Positions 12,701 through 26,296 of a stretch of 64,000 nucleotides of DNA are shown here, piece by piece; position 1 is the stretch's first letter; each line of letters begins with the position of its first letter. The notes under the pieces were generated by a model that worked only from the letters and a program-made list of their open reading frames with translations, was not told where the DNA came from and searched no databases. Origin of the DNA: Tubulanus polymorphus (taxonomy: Eukaryota > Animalia > Nemertea); NCBI RefSeq assembly GCF_964204645.1, contig NC_134032.1:1670416-1734415 (forward strand). Direction: 5' to 3'. A program made the translations under genes and the position numbers.

Positions 12701-14694
12701 TTGTCATCTGCGTGTAATCCGATAAATTTCCACTAGATGGCAGACTAGTCAAACCTGCCAGCTCAAACTGTATCAGCATGCTCTAGTTAGTCTTATAGTC
12801 GATCGATTAAATGCACAAACACTCTTAGGGTTTCCTCAGAGTTGGTGTAGCACTCAAGCAGTTAAGTCCACAGTAGACAAAACCTCTCGTTGAAGAATAG
12901 AGGAAAATAAACAATGAATTCTTTATGATATTACTTGCACGTGCTGTCCTGAAAACATCTAAATTTAAAATCCTTCGAAATCGGAATCATCAGATTCCAA
13001 ATCATCATATAATGAAAACAATGACAGACGGTTCTGAGATACCTGGCTCTTATTGAAACCAGTGTAGACCGAGTGCGCAGCTACACGCGCATTTCAGGTG
13101 ATGTCATTATAAGCCAATCAGAAATCACAGATTTATGTTTTGTTTTTGTTTAGTATGAAAGCTGGCATCGAACCGAAGACCGCGAGGCGCCCGTTCTCAT
13201 CAGTAAAACTGTTAAACGCAGATTTCGGGAATTCGTCATCTTACAAGAACGATTAGAAGATCATCGTAAATATAAAAAACTACTCAGAGGTAAAGAAACC
13301 CGGGCCCGGTTTTATAGACTGGTATTACCTTCAAGCCAGGGGTTAAATCGATTGAAAATGAATTGAGTTAGCCCCCGGGTTAAAGGTAATACCAGTCTGT
13401 AAAATCGGTCCCTGTAAACTTAGACTGGCTTCAACCTTACTGGCCTTTACTAGGCCTAATGAAATAAAATGTCAGTGATTTCAATAAGAGCCAGGTCCCA
13501 GGTCCCAGACCCGTCTGTCGTGGGTTGAGGACCTGTTTTTTCAAACCAGCTTTCATTTCCGGGACTGTGACATATCATGGGACCCTCCTGTTTTTCAAAG
13601 GGACCTGGCTTGTTAATTTCTTATTGAAAACACTGTATGTAAAATCAAAGATAATCCTAGTGCACCGAGGTGTACTACTGCTAGGCCTAATACTATAGGC
13701 CTAGCAGTAGTACACTGCACCTAGGTGTACTACTGCTAGGCCTATAGTATTAGGCCTAATGAAATTATACCTTAAATCAATGATAATCCTAGTACACCTG
13801 CTAGGTATATAGTATTTCATGATTGGGTTCATGGTGTTTTGATTGATATTGATTGAAACTTTCATCGGCTACCCACGAGGCCAATATCTACAAATGTATA
13901 ATATACAAATTTGCCCGAATGGCCCATGGCAAAAAATAGTGGCGTAAAGTTGTCGCCTGCTCATCTGATGAATAATATCTGAAGAGGGCGCCTCCGGGCT
14001 GCGGATTGATCAGCCCTGTCTGATGTGCGGTGTATTACTTTGTTTTTTTTTTTTTTCTAGGCATAAAAGCTCCGTCGAAATGGCTGACGTTGCCGTTCGC
14101 CAAAATGGACAACGTTTTAATCAAACAAAGACAATCATTTTTAGAGAAATATTTACAGGTAAAAATGAACTGGACTCGCGAGTTACCCTCGTTGAGAACC
14201 GACCCAGTAACGTACTCTATTTCTTACAAGTATTGTGCCCTTATTATGGTTTTTAGTCCATTTGCGCGGACTTAGGCAATCTTTAGGCAATCTTTAGGCA
14301 ATTCTTAGGCAATGCTGACCAGGTATTTAGGTATAATCTTAATGATCAGTCGATAATTCGTGTTATTTTTTCCTGTTTTTTCTTTTTTTTACAGCAAATA
14401 GTCAGTATTGAAACGTTAGCGTTGAGTTCCGAAGTGAAGGAGTTTTTGGCGTACGGTCGCGACGCGGGTCTGGCGTTCGTTAAGAAACCAGCGGAGTCTC
14501 CAGCTAGGGTATGTGTGTCCGTGGGACATATCTGAAGTAGTGATATCTGAAGTAGATGCTTTATATTTCATGTAGAGTACTTAAATCATTATTATTATCA
14601 TTATAATGATTAAAATAATAATAAAAATAATAATGATTATAATAATAATGATTATAATTATTATTATTATTATTAGCATTATTATTATCATTAC

Positions 14695-14755
<61 letters not shown>

Positions 14756-14783
14756 TAGCATTATTATTATTAGCATTAATTAG

Positions 14784-14826
<43 letters not shown>

Positions 14827-17800
14827 TAGCATTATTATTAATTAGCATTATTATTATTAGCATTATTATTAATTAGCATTATTATTATTAGCATTATTAT
14901 TATTAGCATTGATATCATCAAGCAAATCCGTTGAATTTTGTGGTGTTTTTGTGAGATCACTTTTCTTTATTTATAACTATATGATTCTGTTGTTTCGATG
15001 TACATTTTAGGCCCTTACATAGTCATTGGTGACAATTTCATTTGGACGTTTCCATACATACCTGATTTGAGGCCAATTTGCCAGAATATGAGGCAAAATT
15101 GTTTGGGCACCGATGATTAGATGAACTCGCAGAATTTCATCAGAACTTTACCCTAATTTTGTCAATATTCCTGTTGATGTAGACGTTAGCTTCAATCCTA
15201 GATGATAGACAGGAGCTGGCGTTGAACACATACTGCACAGGATAGTAAAATCCTGCACCAACAGAATAGATAGAAAAACGAAATTTCGTAGTCTGGCAGA
15301 TCCGTTGAATTTGTGTGGTGTTTTTGCGAGATCACTGTTCCTTATTCAAAACTATATGATTCTGTTGTTTTGATGCACTTTTTATGCCCTCATTGGTCGC
15401 CAAAATATATGAAAGGCAAACATTGCGTACTGGTTGTATACTATGTTAAACAATATTATAAAACTGGTTTTTAACTTACTACGCAAGTGTTTGTCATGTG
15501 GCATGAATGGATTCATTGTGAAATGCCTTTTAAGACAATCATTTTTAACCTATGACTTTATAAGAATTTCATACGGATATTATTTGGTTTGATATCGATG
15601 TGAAGATATCTACGCTTACTACAAAGTTGAATCGATTGAGAGGTTTTGTGAAACTTGATGATAAAATATGAAGGAAAGTTTGTTCGAAAAAGACGCGACT
15701 TTAGCAGACGCCGATTACGGCAGTTTGTCCGAGAACGTTAGTAGATTTGAGACGCGAGAGCGGGGGCAATCGTCGCGAGGATTTTCTTGTAACATCCGCT
15801 GTCAGGCGAACCGTATAGTTATTGTCGGAATCGTGAGCTTCGTGTTGCTTATCGTCAACATGTCATCGGGAACAATAGTAGCCGTCGTTTCCGAGATGCA
15901 AGGTGGATTTCGCAATAACTCGTCGTTTACGGATCGTCATATCGCCGAGAATGTAGCCATTACTAAAGCTGTATTTGAAGTCGGATTGGTGGTCGGGAGT
16001 ATTATCTGCGGTCGACTGACGTTCAAGTACGGCCACGTATATTCGTTCTGGTTCGGTATCGTATTCGGACTCGTCGGCACGCTCGTCTCCGCGTTCGCGC
16101 CCGTCTGGTGGATGTTGACGATTCTACATTCGTTCGTCGGACTTTCGCGGGCGTTCGTTCTCAACGCCGGATCGACTATGGTGGCCGTCGCTTTTCGAAA
16201 CGACGCCTCGCGAGTTCTAGCTTTAGCGATCGTGTATAGTTGTAACCTTACGGGTACTCGGTACGGATATTCGTTGAGTCTGTACGAGATACAATGGATC
16301 GGATGCGCCGTACCGTTTTTCTCTCTTTTCGGCCTTCTGGTGATAGCTGCCGTATTTCGCGCTTTCGTCGAAATTGAGAATAACATTGCCGAAACGCTCG
16401 AGGAAAAACGCATCCACCTCGACCCGATAAAAGCGATGTTGACCGATACCCAAACGATCGTTCTTTTCCGGCTGAGAAGTATCTTCATCGTTAGCGCGAA
16501 TGTCCATTACGAGTTCGCGCCTTTGTTGGTCGAGCGGGTCTTACCCGACGCGAAACATCGGCAGCTAGGAACGATCGTGTTCTTATCGACGACGATATTT
16601 ATAATTAGCACGAACGTACTCGGCTTATTGGTGGCGAAAACTAGAAATTATCGTCGGATTTATTTCGTCGGTTATTGCGCGATGGCGACGATCTCATTCG
16701 CGTCGTACCCGTTTGCGCGATACATCTGGCAAGCGTTCGCTGCGGATAATCTTCGTGCGTTGTCGTTCGCCCTCGAGAATAGTTTCTACTTTTCCTGGTT
16801 GTCCGATGTCGCCGATGAGAAATTTAACGGTTATTACGAGACTATTTATGCAATAGATGCCGTTATATCGCGTGTCGTAGCTATCATACTGATGTTGATA
16901 TTGGGCGCTGTGCAACCGTTTATCGGATACTCGGCCATTTTTATTGGCGTCGGTGTTGTGAATTTTACTTATTCTTTTACGTCACTCGTAATGCGAGATG
17001 CGGCAGGGTCGATTCAACATTCACCGGACTAGCAGCTCTGTGCTGCATATTGATGTATCTATTTGTAAACGAGAAATCCGTAAAATCAATAAAAAGTGAA
17101 ACCACACCTTTTGGATATATTTTTGTGATATTTTCTGGTATTCAATGATGGGGGTTGCAAAGAGACATAAGATAAAACATTCTGAAAGAGGTACCTTACC
17201 GAGGTATTCTGATAGGAACCTTACCAAGGTATTCTGATAGGTACCTTACCAAGGTATTCTGATAGTTACCTTACCAAGGTATTCTGATAGGTACCTTACC
17301 AAGGTATTCTGATAGGTACCTAACCAAGGCATTCTGATAGGAACCTTACCAAGGTATTCTGATAGGTACCTTACCAAGGTATTCTGATAGGAACCTTACC
17401 AAGGTATTCTGATAGGAACCTTACCAAGGTATTCTGATAGGTACCTTACCAAGGTATTCTGATAGGTACCTTACCAAGGTATTCTGATAGGTACCTTACC
17501 AAGGTATTCCGATAGGTACCTTACCAAGGCATTCCGATAGGTACCTTACCAAGGTATTCCGATAGGTACCTTACCAAGGTATTCTGATAGGTACCTTACC
17601 AAGGTATTCTGATAGGTACCTTACCAAGGCATTCTGATAGGTGCCTTACCAAGGCATTCTGATAGGTACCTTACCAAGGTATTCTGATAGGAACATTACC
17701 AAGGTATTCTGATAGGTACCTTACCAAGGTATTCTGATAGGTACCTTACCAAGGTATTCTGATAGGAACCTTACCAAGGTATTCTGATAGTTACCTTACC

Positions 17801-20800
17801 AAGGTATTCTGATAGGTACCTTACCAAGGTATTCTGATAGGTACCTTACCAAGGTATTCTGATAGGTACCTAACCAAGGCATTCTGATAGGTACCTTACC
17901 AAGGTATTCTGATAGGAACCTTACCAAGGTATTCTGATAGGTACCTTACCAAGGTATTCTGATAGGAACCTTACCAAGGTATTCTGATAGGTACCTTACC
18001 AAGGTATTCTGATAGGAACCTTACCAAGGTATTCTGATAGTTACCTTACCAAGGTATTCTGATAGGTACCTTACCAAGGTATTCTGATAGTTACCTTACC
18101 AAGGTATTCTGATAGGAACCTTACCAAGGTATTCTGATAGGAACCTTACCAAGGTATTCTGATAGGTACCTTACCAAGGTATTCTGATAGGTACCTTACC
18201 AAGGTATTCTGATAGGTACCTTACCAAGGTATTCTGATAGTTACCTTACCAAGGTATTCTGATAGTTACCTTACCAAGGCATTCTGATAGGTACCTTACC
18301 ATGGTATTCTGATAGGTACCTTACCAAGGTATTCTGATAGGTACCTTACCAAGGTATTCTGATAGGAACCTTACCAAGGTATTCTGATAGTTACCTTACC
18401 AAGGTATTCTGATAGGAACCTTACCAAGGTATTCTGATAGGTACCTTACCAAGGCATTCTGATAGGTACCTTACCAAGGTATTCTGATAGGTGCCTTACC
18501 AAGGTATTCAGATAGGTACCTTACCAAGGTATTCTGATAGGAACCTTACCAAGGTATTCTGATAGTTACCTTACCAAGGTATTCTGATAGGAACCTTACC
18601 AAGGTATTCTGATAGGTACCTTACCAAGGCATTCTGATAGGAACCTTACCAAGGCATTCTGATAGTTACCTTACCAAGGCATTCTGATAGGAACCTTACC
18701 AAGGTATTCTGATAGGTTCCTTACCAAGGTATTCTGATAGTTACCTTACCAAGGTATTCTGATAGGTACCTTACCAAGGTATTCTGATAGGTACCTTACC
18801 AAGGTATTCTGATAGGTACCTAACCAAGGTATTCTGATAGGTACCTTACCAAGGCATTCTGATAGGAACCTTACCAAGGCATTCTGATAGGTACCTTACC
18901 AAGGTATTCTGATAGGTACCTTACCAAGGTATTCTGATAGTTACCTTACCAAGGCATTCTGATAGGAACCTTACCAAGGTATTCTGATTGTTACCTTACC
19001 AAGGTATTCTGATAGGTACCTTACCAAGGTATTCTGATAGGTACCTTACAAAGGCATTCTGATAGTCACCTTACCAAGGAATTCTGATAGGTACCTTACC
19101 AAGATATTCTGAAAGAGGAACCTTACCAAGGTATTCTGATAGGTACCTTTCCAAGGTATTCTGATAGGTACCTTACCAAGGTATTCTGATAGTTACCTTA
19201 CCAAGGCATTCTGATAGGAACCTTACCAAGGTATTCTGATAGGTACCTTATCAAGGTATTCTGATAGGAACCTTACCAAGGTATTCTGATAGTTACCTTA
19301 CCAAGGTATTCTGATAGTCACCTTACCAAGGTATTCTGATAGTTACCTTACCAAGGTATTCTGATAGGAACCTTATCAAGGCATTCTGATAGGTACCTTA
19401 CCAAGGTATTCTGATAGGAACCTTACCAAGGTATTCTGATAGGTACCTTACCAAGGTATTCTGATAGGTACCTTACCAAGGTATTCTGATAGGTACCTTA
19501 CAAAGGCATTCTGATAGGAACCTTACCAAGGCATTCTGATAGGTACCTTACCAAGGTATTCTGATAGGTACCTTACCAAGGTATTCTGATAGGTATCTTA
19601 CCAAGGTATTCTGATAGTTACCTTACCAAGGCATTCTGATAGGTACCTTACCAAGGTATTCTGATAGTCACCTTACCAAGGTATTCTGATAGGAACCTTA
19701 CCAAGGTATTCTGATAGGTACCTTACCAAGGTATTCTGATAGTTACCTTACCAAGGTATTCTGATAGGAACCTTACCAAGGTATTCTGATAGGTACCTTA
19801 CCAAGGTATTCTGATAGGAACCTTACCAAGGTATTCTGATAGGTACCTTACCAAGGTATTCTGATAGGAACCTTACCAAGGTATTCTGATAGGTACCTTA
19901 CCAAGGTATTCTGTTAGGTACCTTACAAAGGCATTCTGTTGATGTCAAAGCAGGATTCATGAAGTCAGTAATCTCATCAGAAAGGCTGTATATAAAAACG
20001 TTGTGTTTATATGAAGGCACTGTATTTCAGGTAATCGCACGCACAATGTCGGGAATGATTGACAAGCTGTCGACGGCAGTGTTAGACCACGCCTCCCCGA
20101 ATATGATCAACAATAACGTATTGATTTCTCGACTGAAGAAACCGAGCAGTAAAGACTTGACCGCGTTAACTTCGGATGAAGATCAACTGAAGTTAGAGTT
20201 CGGGGCGCTAACGAATATGGTAATTAACTCCTTAATTAATATCGGCCTGTAATTACCTACGTAAAATACCAACTGGTTTATGGATTCGAAAAGGCTTTTA
20301 GAAGTTTACAGTTTCGACTCATTTCTATGCAAAATACACAGTGGCCTGGCACAAAAAGTTTATGACCCCAGTATCCTAGGTACTGGGGTCAAAAACTTTA
20401 TGTGTCAGGTCCCTGTGGCGCAATAAAATGTTCAGGGTTTGGAGGAAAAATTGGCCTAATTCGTTTAAATTGTTCAAATTATTGCTCACGACATTGTATT
20501 TGTTTATAGTGAACATGTAACGGCTTATAATTTGTTGGTAATGTTTATAGTGAGTTACGAGGTCAATGGTTGTTATTATGTTCACCAGGGGGCGTTGAAT
20601 AGTGAAATGATGTTTCATATCCTTTTATATTGGCACCTAGATTGGTACCTTAAGTTATGAGGTCATTGGTTCTGATATGCTTACCTTCTTTTTATATTGG
20701 CGCCTGATATTCTTACTTTTTAGAATTGGCAATATAACGTAGAGGATACTCTGGACAGTTGCTTAGCACTCGTAAACAATGAAATGAGAGCCAGCAAGTT

Positions 20801-23800
20801 GCTTAGCAATGCAAACTACGAGGAAGAATTAAATTCTGCAGTCATATTCCGCGATGTAACCGATAGCAACCTGTATCCTAGCAACTCATTCGATATATCG
20901 GCGCATTCGTTAGATTCTGTCGTTGCTATGGATATGATGGTTGCTATGGATCGTACGCACTCGAAGATTTCCGACTGTTCCGTCGATTCTTCTTCGAAAA
21001 TACGAGAACAATCGTCGGATATCGCCGCGGAAACCGAGATCGAAAACGTCGACGACGAAGACGTGTTTTTAGACGCTGAAGAATCGCAAATCGGAACAGC
21101 GGTCGGAACAGCGGCCGGAACAGCGGTCGGAACAGCAGCCGGAACAGCAGACGGAACAGCGGCCGGAACAGCAGACAGAACAACAGACGAGTCAGGAGCG
21201 ACAGAAAATTTATCAATCAAAGGTAAACTCAAGCTCCGTATGGGTTTCCAGCTGGGGGTGGACCCGGACGGGACAGCGACGATTTCACTCATTGGTAACA
21301 ATTTGTCTTTAGTTCTCGTTCGAATTGTACGCTTTCGAATTCGATTCGAGGCCAGTTCGCAAATAATTTTCACTCGATGTCAAAAACCTCGCTCGCGTCT
21401 ACGTAATTTTCTAAGGGAGCAGTCCCTTCGATGCGAGCGTCTCACAAGAATTACGCTTTCCCGAAAATCGACACGGTTATATTTGTCGATGGACTTATTG
21501 AATCAATTGAAGATCACGTGATAAAACGATATGAATAAAATCCCACAATAAATTAATTAATGATAAAATGTTTATTTTAAAAACATATGAGAAATATTTC
21601 TCATATGTTTTCAAAATAAACGTTTTATCATTAATTAATTTATTGTGGGATTTTATTCATTTCAGACTTATTGTTTTGTAAATCTATCCAAATGATGTAA
21701 TCGATAATTTTTTCAGGATTATTTTCCGGTTTTTTTTTTCAGAAGTGGATTCAGCGCCTGTGATACATTCCATACTAGAACTCGCCAGTGTTTTAACTCA
21801 GGGTCAACAATGTTTTTTGCTACAAGAGCGAATTCTACAAATGTTCGACGTTACCTTAGCGCACGTTGTTGAGTGGTAAGTGTCGCGGAAAAAAACCTCC
21901 GCGTCTCATAACCGCGATCACACGAGCGTTTTGGCACACACACCTGGTCACGGGTGCCAAATGGGCCTGACCAAAAACTGCGAATTCGGCTTCATAACTG
22001 GCACAATAGCCGTGGTCACACGAGCGTTTTTGAACCCGGGCCAACTGTTCACACGTGTCTGTTTGGCCCGACCGAAAGCGTTTGACCAGGGCCGAGCCAA
22101 ATCTAGCACGGGACAATGATTGCTTTTGAATTGCAACTGCTTTCGGAAATGATCCACTTTGCTTTGTTTAAGCATTGTTTATTATCGAATGAGTTGTTTA
22201 CGTGTGAACGCGTTCTCTAATTAGGCATGCGCCAAATTTGGCTCGAATGATCCGTGCCAATTTGGCCCGAGTCTGATCAGTGCCAATTTGGCTCGAGTCT
22301 GATCAGTGCCAATTTGGCTCGAGCCTGATCAGTGCCAATTTGGCTCGAGTCTGATCAGTGCCAATTTGGCTCGAGTCTGATCCGTGCCAATTTGGCTCGA
22401 GCCTGATCAGTGCCAATTTGGCTCGAGTCTGATCCGTGCCAATTTGGCTCGAGCCTGATCAGTGCCAATTTGGCCCGCGTTAAATCGTCTCCGTGTGATC
22501 ACGGCTATAGTGTAGTAATTTGTAATTTATTTCATCCATACGTTCATACAAGTTATACACAATACGTAATAGTTATATCATGGAAAGTTATACATTTTAA
22601 CAAACATAATGATGTAAATATTGATATGACGCTCTATAGAAAGGAATGGTCCAGAGCCAAATTGGGTGTCACCCATAGGGTGGACCACACCTAAATGCAT
22701 GGTTCCTACAGCCCTTAAAATTCCTAAAATACCCTAAAATTCCGGAATTCCATTTTTTAGGGGAGAAATACCCTAAAATTCTGGCTTTTAACCCTCAGGC
22801 CCCTAAAATACCCCTTAAATTCTGGATATCATCTCCGTAAAAAATTTTAGGATCGTTTTTGAATGTGATGCTGTATGTGAAACATCATAATGGGTTTTTA
22901 TATTCCTTTGAATTGTGTTAAAGTTAGTAGCTCAATTCAGCTCATTGTTTCCACTGGTCATTGTAGATGTAATTTAGATTAGATGCAAGCACACAGACAC
23001 AGAAGGCCTATTATTATTGAAATGTATTGGCTAGTGAAGGAACTGTTGACTTACCAGGGAGGTGATAGAGAGACTATCCAATCACCTCCTGCTTATTGTC
23101 TATAAAGCACTAATTAAGTAGTAAGGAAGGGGCTATTAACAACGGGCTGAGTAAAAAAGTTTACCAACATGTATGACACCAGTCGAAAGATCAAGGCTTG
23201 CATTTAAGCCCATTATGGGTCTTCTGAAGGCCACAATTTAATGAGGCCAGTCTCGGCTCATTTTGGTTCTATTGTCAATCTTACAACACTGAAGGCCAGT
23301 TTTGGATTTTCTTTTACTGAAGTTAATTCTGCGAAGAAGCTCGTATTTAGGTTAATTGCTGAAATGGTTCGCATAATTCTTATTCAATTTGTTCTTTTCA
23401 ATCGAATTTCAGCTATCTATGCGAGAAGATCTCAGACCTGACCGACCTGCAGAGTTGGGTGAAATATACGACGTTATTACGAGAAGTAATATGGCCACCG
23501 GGCGGCGATTCCGAGGAGACCGACGCCACGGCGATGACCGATCTCGACAGGCTGCAGCTGCGATGTAAAGCCAGGCGAACGCTGGTCGATTTTTTGCCGT
23601 CCGTTCTGCCGTGGTTGTTCGGTTCGGTTCAATACGACCATTGTATCGACACCGCGGTTAGTTCATTCGATAATGAACGTCTGAATCGGTAAGTGAATAC
23701 CGGTCAACCTGTCCAAGTGATACCTACCATTTTCTGGGGGGGTCATTCATTTATGTACACATTAGGGGAGGGAGAGGGGTAATTGCGTACTGTAATACTT

Positions 23801-24326
23801 AATGCTAAATGAATGATCCCTTGATGTAGCATCCTTCAGCTATAGGGATTCGAACCTGCCGGTATATGGATTCTGCCACGCAGTACAAAACTGGGGATAG
23901 ACCTATGATTGTTTCAAGGTGACTGGCTTCTGTATTTGTTCACCAGAGGCATTGTCTGATTTCAAGGCATATCAAGGGGGCACGGTGGCTGCTTAGTGGC
24001 AACCCGTCCGCCGAAGAAACCTCGGGCAATGTTATCGACCAATGAAGGGTTTGCGTTGGCGTGAGCTTCGGTGGTAGGCAATCAATCCCTGGCAAGCGAG
24101 GATGAGCTTGATCATGGTTTTAGAAAAAGTGATCTACAGGGTAGATCTCATCAAAAAGGAGACAAAAGCTATCGATTGTTATCTGTTCTTGTATCCGATA
24201 AGAAAAAACATTTTTTTTTTCAGGCATCTGATCTACTGTCTGTTAGACGTCGTCATGGAAACGCTAGTTCCCGAGATCGACCTGGATTCATTCCATCGTC
24301 AGTTCCTCGCTAGTACCGAGTTCTGA
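9769..24326 (+). CDS. SNX19: Sorting nexin of the PXA-PX-PXC class, SNX19-like. Exons 9769-11991, 13154-13289, 14061-14158, 14395-14508, 20031-20219, 20724-21222, 21743-21875, 23413-23688, 24224-24326
   Basis: Two N-terminal TM helices; PXA (IFRDFISSWY, HPAL...EYLR); PX (VKRRFREFVILQERLE, LEKYLQ, EVKEFLA...AFVKKP); PXC (WVKYTTLLREVIWPPG, NRHLIYCLLD); no recognisable RGS domain; GT-AG phases consistent. Confidence 0.85.
12030..12453. mobile_element. piggyBac-type MITE: partial copy (12030-~12104) and full copy (12172-12453)
   Basis: Same TIRs and TTAA flanks. Confidence 0.85.
13302..13411. mobile_element. Harbinger-like MITE
   Basis: GGCCCGGTTTTATAGACTGGTATTACCT / AGGTAATACCAGTCTGTAAAATCGGTCC inverted ends. 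Confidence 0.6.
14585..14910. repeat. (ATT)n/(AAT)n microsatellite
   Basis: Directly visible trinucleotide repeat with AGC interruptions. Confidence 0.95.
15668..17032 (+). CDS. Intronless MFS transporter (divergent SLC18/vesicular amine transporter-like), nested in SNX19 intron 4
   Basis: 454-aa ORF with ~12 hydrophobic segments, motif A-like GRLTFKYG, G...PF and PIKAMLTD segments; ATG in good context (AAATATGA). Confidence 0.75.
   Translation: MKESLFEKDATLADADYGSLSENVSRFETRERGQSSRGFSCNIRCQANRIVIVGIVSFVLLIVNMSSGTIVAVVSEMQGGFRNNSSFTDRHIAENVAITKAVFEVGLVVGSIICGRLTFKYGHVYSFWFGIVFGLVGTLVSAFAPVWWMLTILHSFVGLSRAFVLNAGSTMVAVAFRNDASRVLALAIVYSCNLTGTRYGYSLSLYEIQWIGCAVPFFSLFGLLVIAAVFRAFVEIENNIAETLEEKRIHLDPIKAMLTDTQTIVLFRLRSIFIVSANVHYEFAPLLVERVLPDAKHRQLGTIVFLSTTIFIISTNVLGLLVAKTRNYRRIYFVGYCAMATISFASYPFARYIWQAFAADNLRALSFALENSFYFSWLSDVADEKFNGYYETIYAIDAVISRVVAIILMLILGAVQPFIGYSAIFIGVGVVNFTYSFTSLVMRDAAGSIQHSPD
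17190..19940. repeat. 25-bp minisatellite, ~110 copies (GATAGGTACCTTACCAAGGTATTCT)
   Basis: Period 25 throughout; each unit holds the TACCTT-acc-AAGGTA hairpin. Confidence 0.97.
21531..21660. repeat. 130-bp near-perfect AT-rich palindrome
   Basis: ATGAATAAAATCCCACAAT...ATTGTGGGATTTTATTCAT. Confidence 0.85.
22007..22507. mobile_element. Harbinger-like MITE containing a 26-bp tandem array (~22230-22478, ~9 copies)
   Basis: TAGCCGTGGTCACACG...CGTGTGATCACGGCTA TIR; unit GTGCCAATTTGGCTCGAGTCTGATCA. Confidence 0.7.
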
Positions 24327-24899
24327 CGAATTCGACGAAATTCGAAATTCATTTTCGCGAACATTCGACAATCTGGATGATTATTCATTTCTATATACTG
24401 CGACCAACGCTTCATCCAGCGATGAACCTGTGCGGAATCACCGCTTCAGAGAGACCCTCGCCACTGTAGTACGAAGTCTTCATGATCACTCTCTGAACTA
24501 ATGCTGATAAAATAGATGTCTGGTGTCTGTGTAGTTGAAATTGCGCAGAATGTGAATGAATGATTGTAGCTACGAGGGCTGCGGGTCCAGACCGCAGGTT
24601 GATACTTACATTATTGGCGGGTTTCTTGATAAAAACTTGATGAAATTTCCTATGTCTACAAACTGCTACCCTCTTTTGTATATGCTGATTCTGTTTTCTA
24701 ATTACGTTCGACGCTTGAACTAGTTTTCAGAGAAGCGGAATAGTAGCTGCGCGCGTTGTTTGTTTGATGGAGAACTTTTTATGTCTGTCTAAAGAGATTT
24801 TCAGATATTGGACAAATTTGTTAAGACTCTTCAATCGTCAAAAGCGAACTAGAGTTCTATTTTACGCAGCAGCCAGTAATTTTACTGAATGATATTCCT

Positions 24900-25305
24900 G
24901 TCTCGTACTCCCCTTACTGTCCTCTCTCACTTCCCCCTCTCTCTCCCCTCTCCCCCTCTCCCCTCCCTCTCTTCTTTCTCCCTCCCTCTCCTCTCTCTCC
25001 ACTCTCTACCTTCGCGTCTTTATCGTCCCCTTTTATTTCCTACAGCTCGCTATTCCCTTACACTCCCGCCTCTCTCCCCTTTCTGAATCCCTCTCGCACC
25101 CTCTCTCTCCCCTTTCTAAACTCCCTCTCGCGCCCTCTCTCTCCTCCCGCCTCTCTCCCCTTTCTAAACTCCCTCTCGCGCCCTCTCTCTCCCTCTCTCC
25201 CCTTTCTGAACTCCCTCTCGCGCCCTCTCTCTCCTCTCCTGCCTCTCTCCCCTTTCTGAACTCCCTCTCCCGCCTCTCTCCCCTTTCTGAACTCCCTCTC
25301 CCCGC
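24900..25305. repeat. Polypyrimidine low-complexity/tandem repeat
   Basis: CT-rich units CCTCTCTCCCCTTTCTGAACTCCCTCTCGCG. Confidence 0.85.
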
Positions 25306-25807
25306 CACATCTCGGGGTAAATGAAAATGCTCACAATACTCAATTCAGTACACTACAAATATATCAACGATCTTCCGGTTCCGATGAAACGCGCAATCAG
25401 TTTGTACCGTACCGCTACTAAAGACAAGTAGGCCTTTCAATGAACACCATTCTGTGGGCAGGTTTAATATTTCCCGTATAATCAGGTCACCTGCTTCAGA
25501 ATGCGCGCTACTGAAGAGCAGACGTCTATTTTTTACCGATACGATATATACGAATGTACCTACGTGTATATGTAATATCATATTGTTATCCGATAATAGC
25601 CGAGCGGGTCGGGTTGAAATAGCTCAGTGATAGTAACTGAACACTCTTATTACGATGTTTTGCGAAAAGGTGTCGTTAACATTTGATTGCATTTTTGCGT
25701 ATTTTTGTGCGGTTTCAGTTCGCTGCGTGAAGCCCGGGCGATCACTTTTTTTGAAACAGCGCTGATTAGATATTTAATGTCTTGTGAGTGAAGTCCTGAG
25801 GGATCCA

Positions 25808-26002
25808 CAGGGGCGGATCCAGGGGGCAGTTTGAGACTTGTACATCAAATTCTTTTAGTGCCTCTTGCTTTTTTTCGTCATCAAAGATAAACGGTACATT
25901 TCAGAGCGGTAATGCCCGTATATTATTGACTTTGCGGACATCATCGAAGCGCAATTTTGGGATGTGACAAGTCCTTCAAAATTAGCCTCCGGATCCGCCC
26001 TG
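25808..26002. mobile_element. hAT-like MITE
   Basis: CAGGGGCGGATCC...GGATCCGCCCTG termini. Confidence 0.55.
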
Positions 26003-26121
26003 GTCCAAATGCCCGTCTGGATATTTATTTAGTCTGAAGATGAAACGTTCATTGTAGCTTTAACTGCAGCGGGGTTTTCAGTCAACCTGGCTTATTTACG
26101 ATCCAGGACAGGACCACGCGG

Positions 26122-26296
<175 letters not shown>

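Noticed and set aside
12730-12743. CTCF-like motif CCACTAGATGGCAG (another near 20583)
   Set aside because: A short motif match alone cannot support function
14561-14776. Poly-Asn ORF (and the Arg/Glu ORF at 25033-25308)
   Set aside because: Translations of simple repeats
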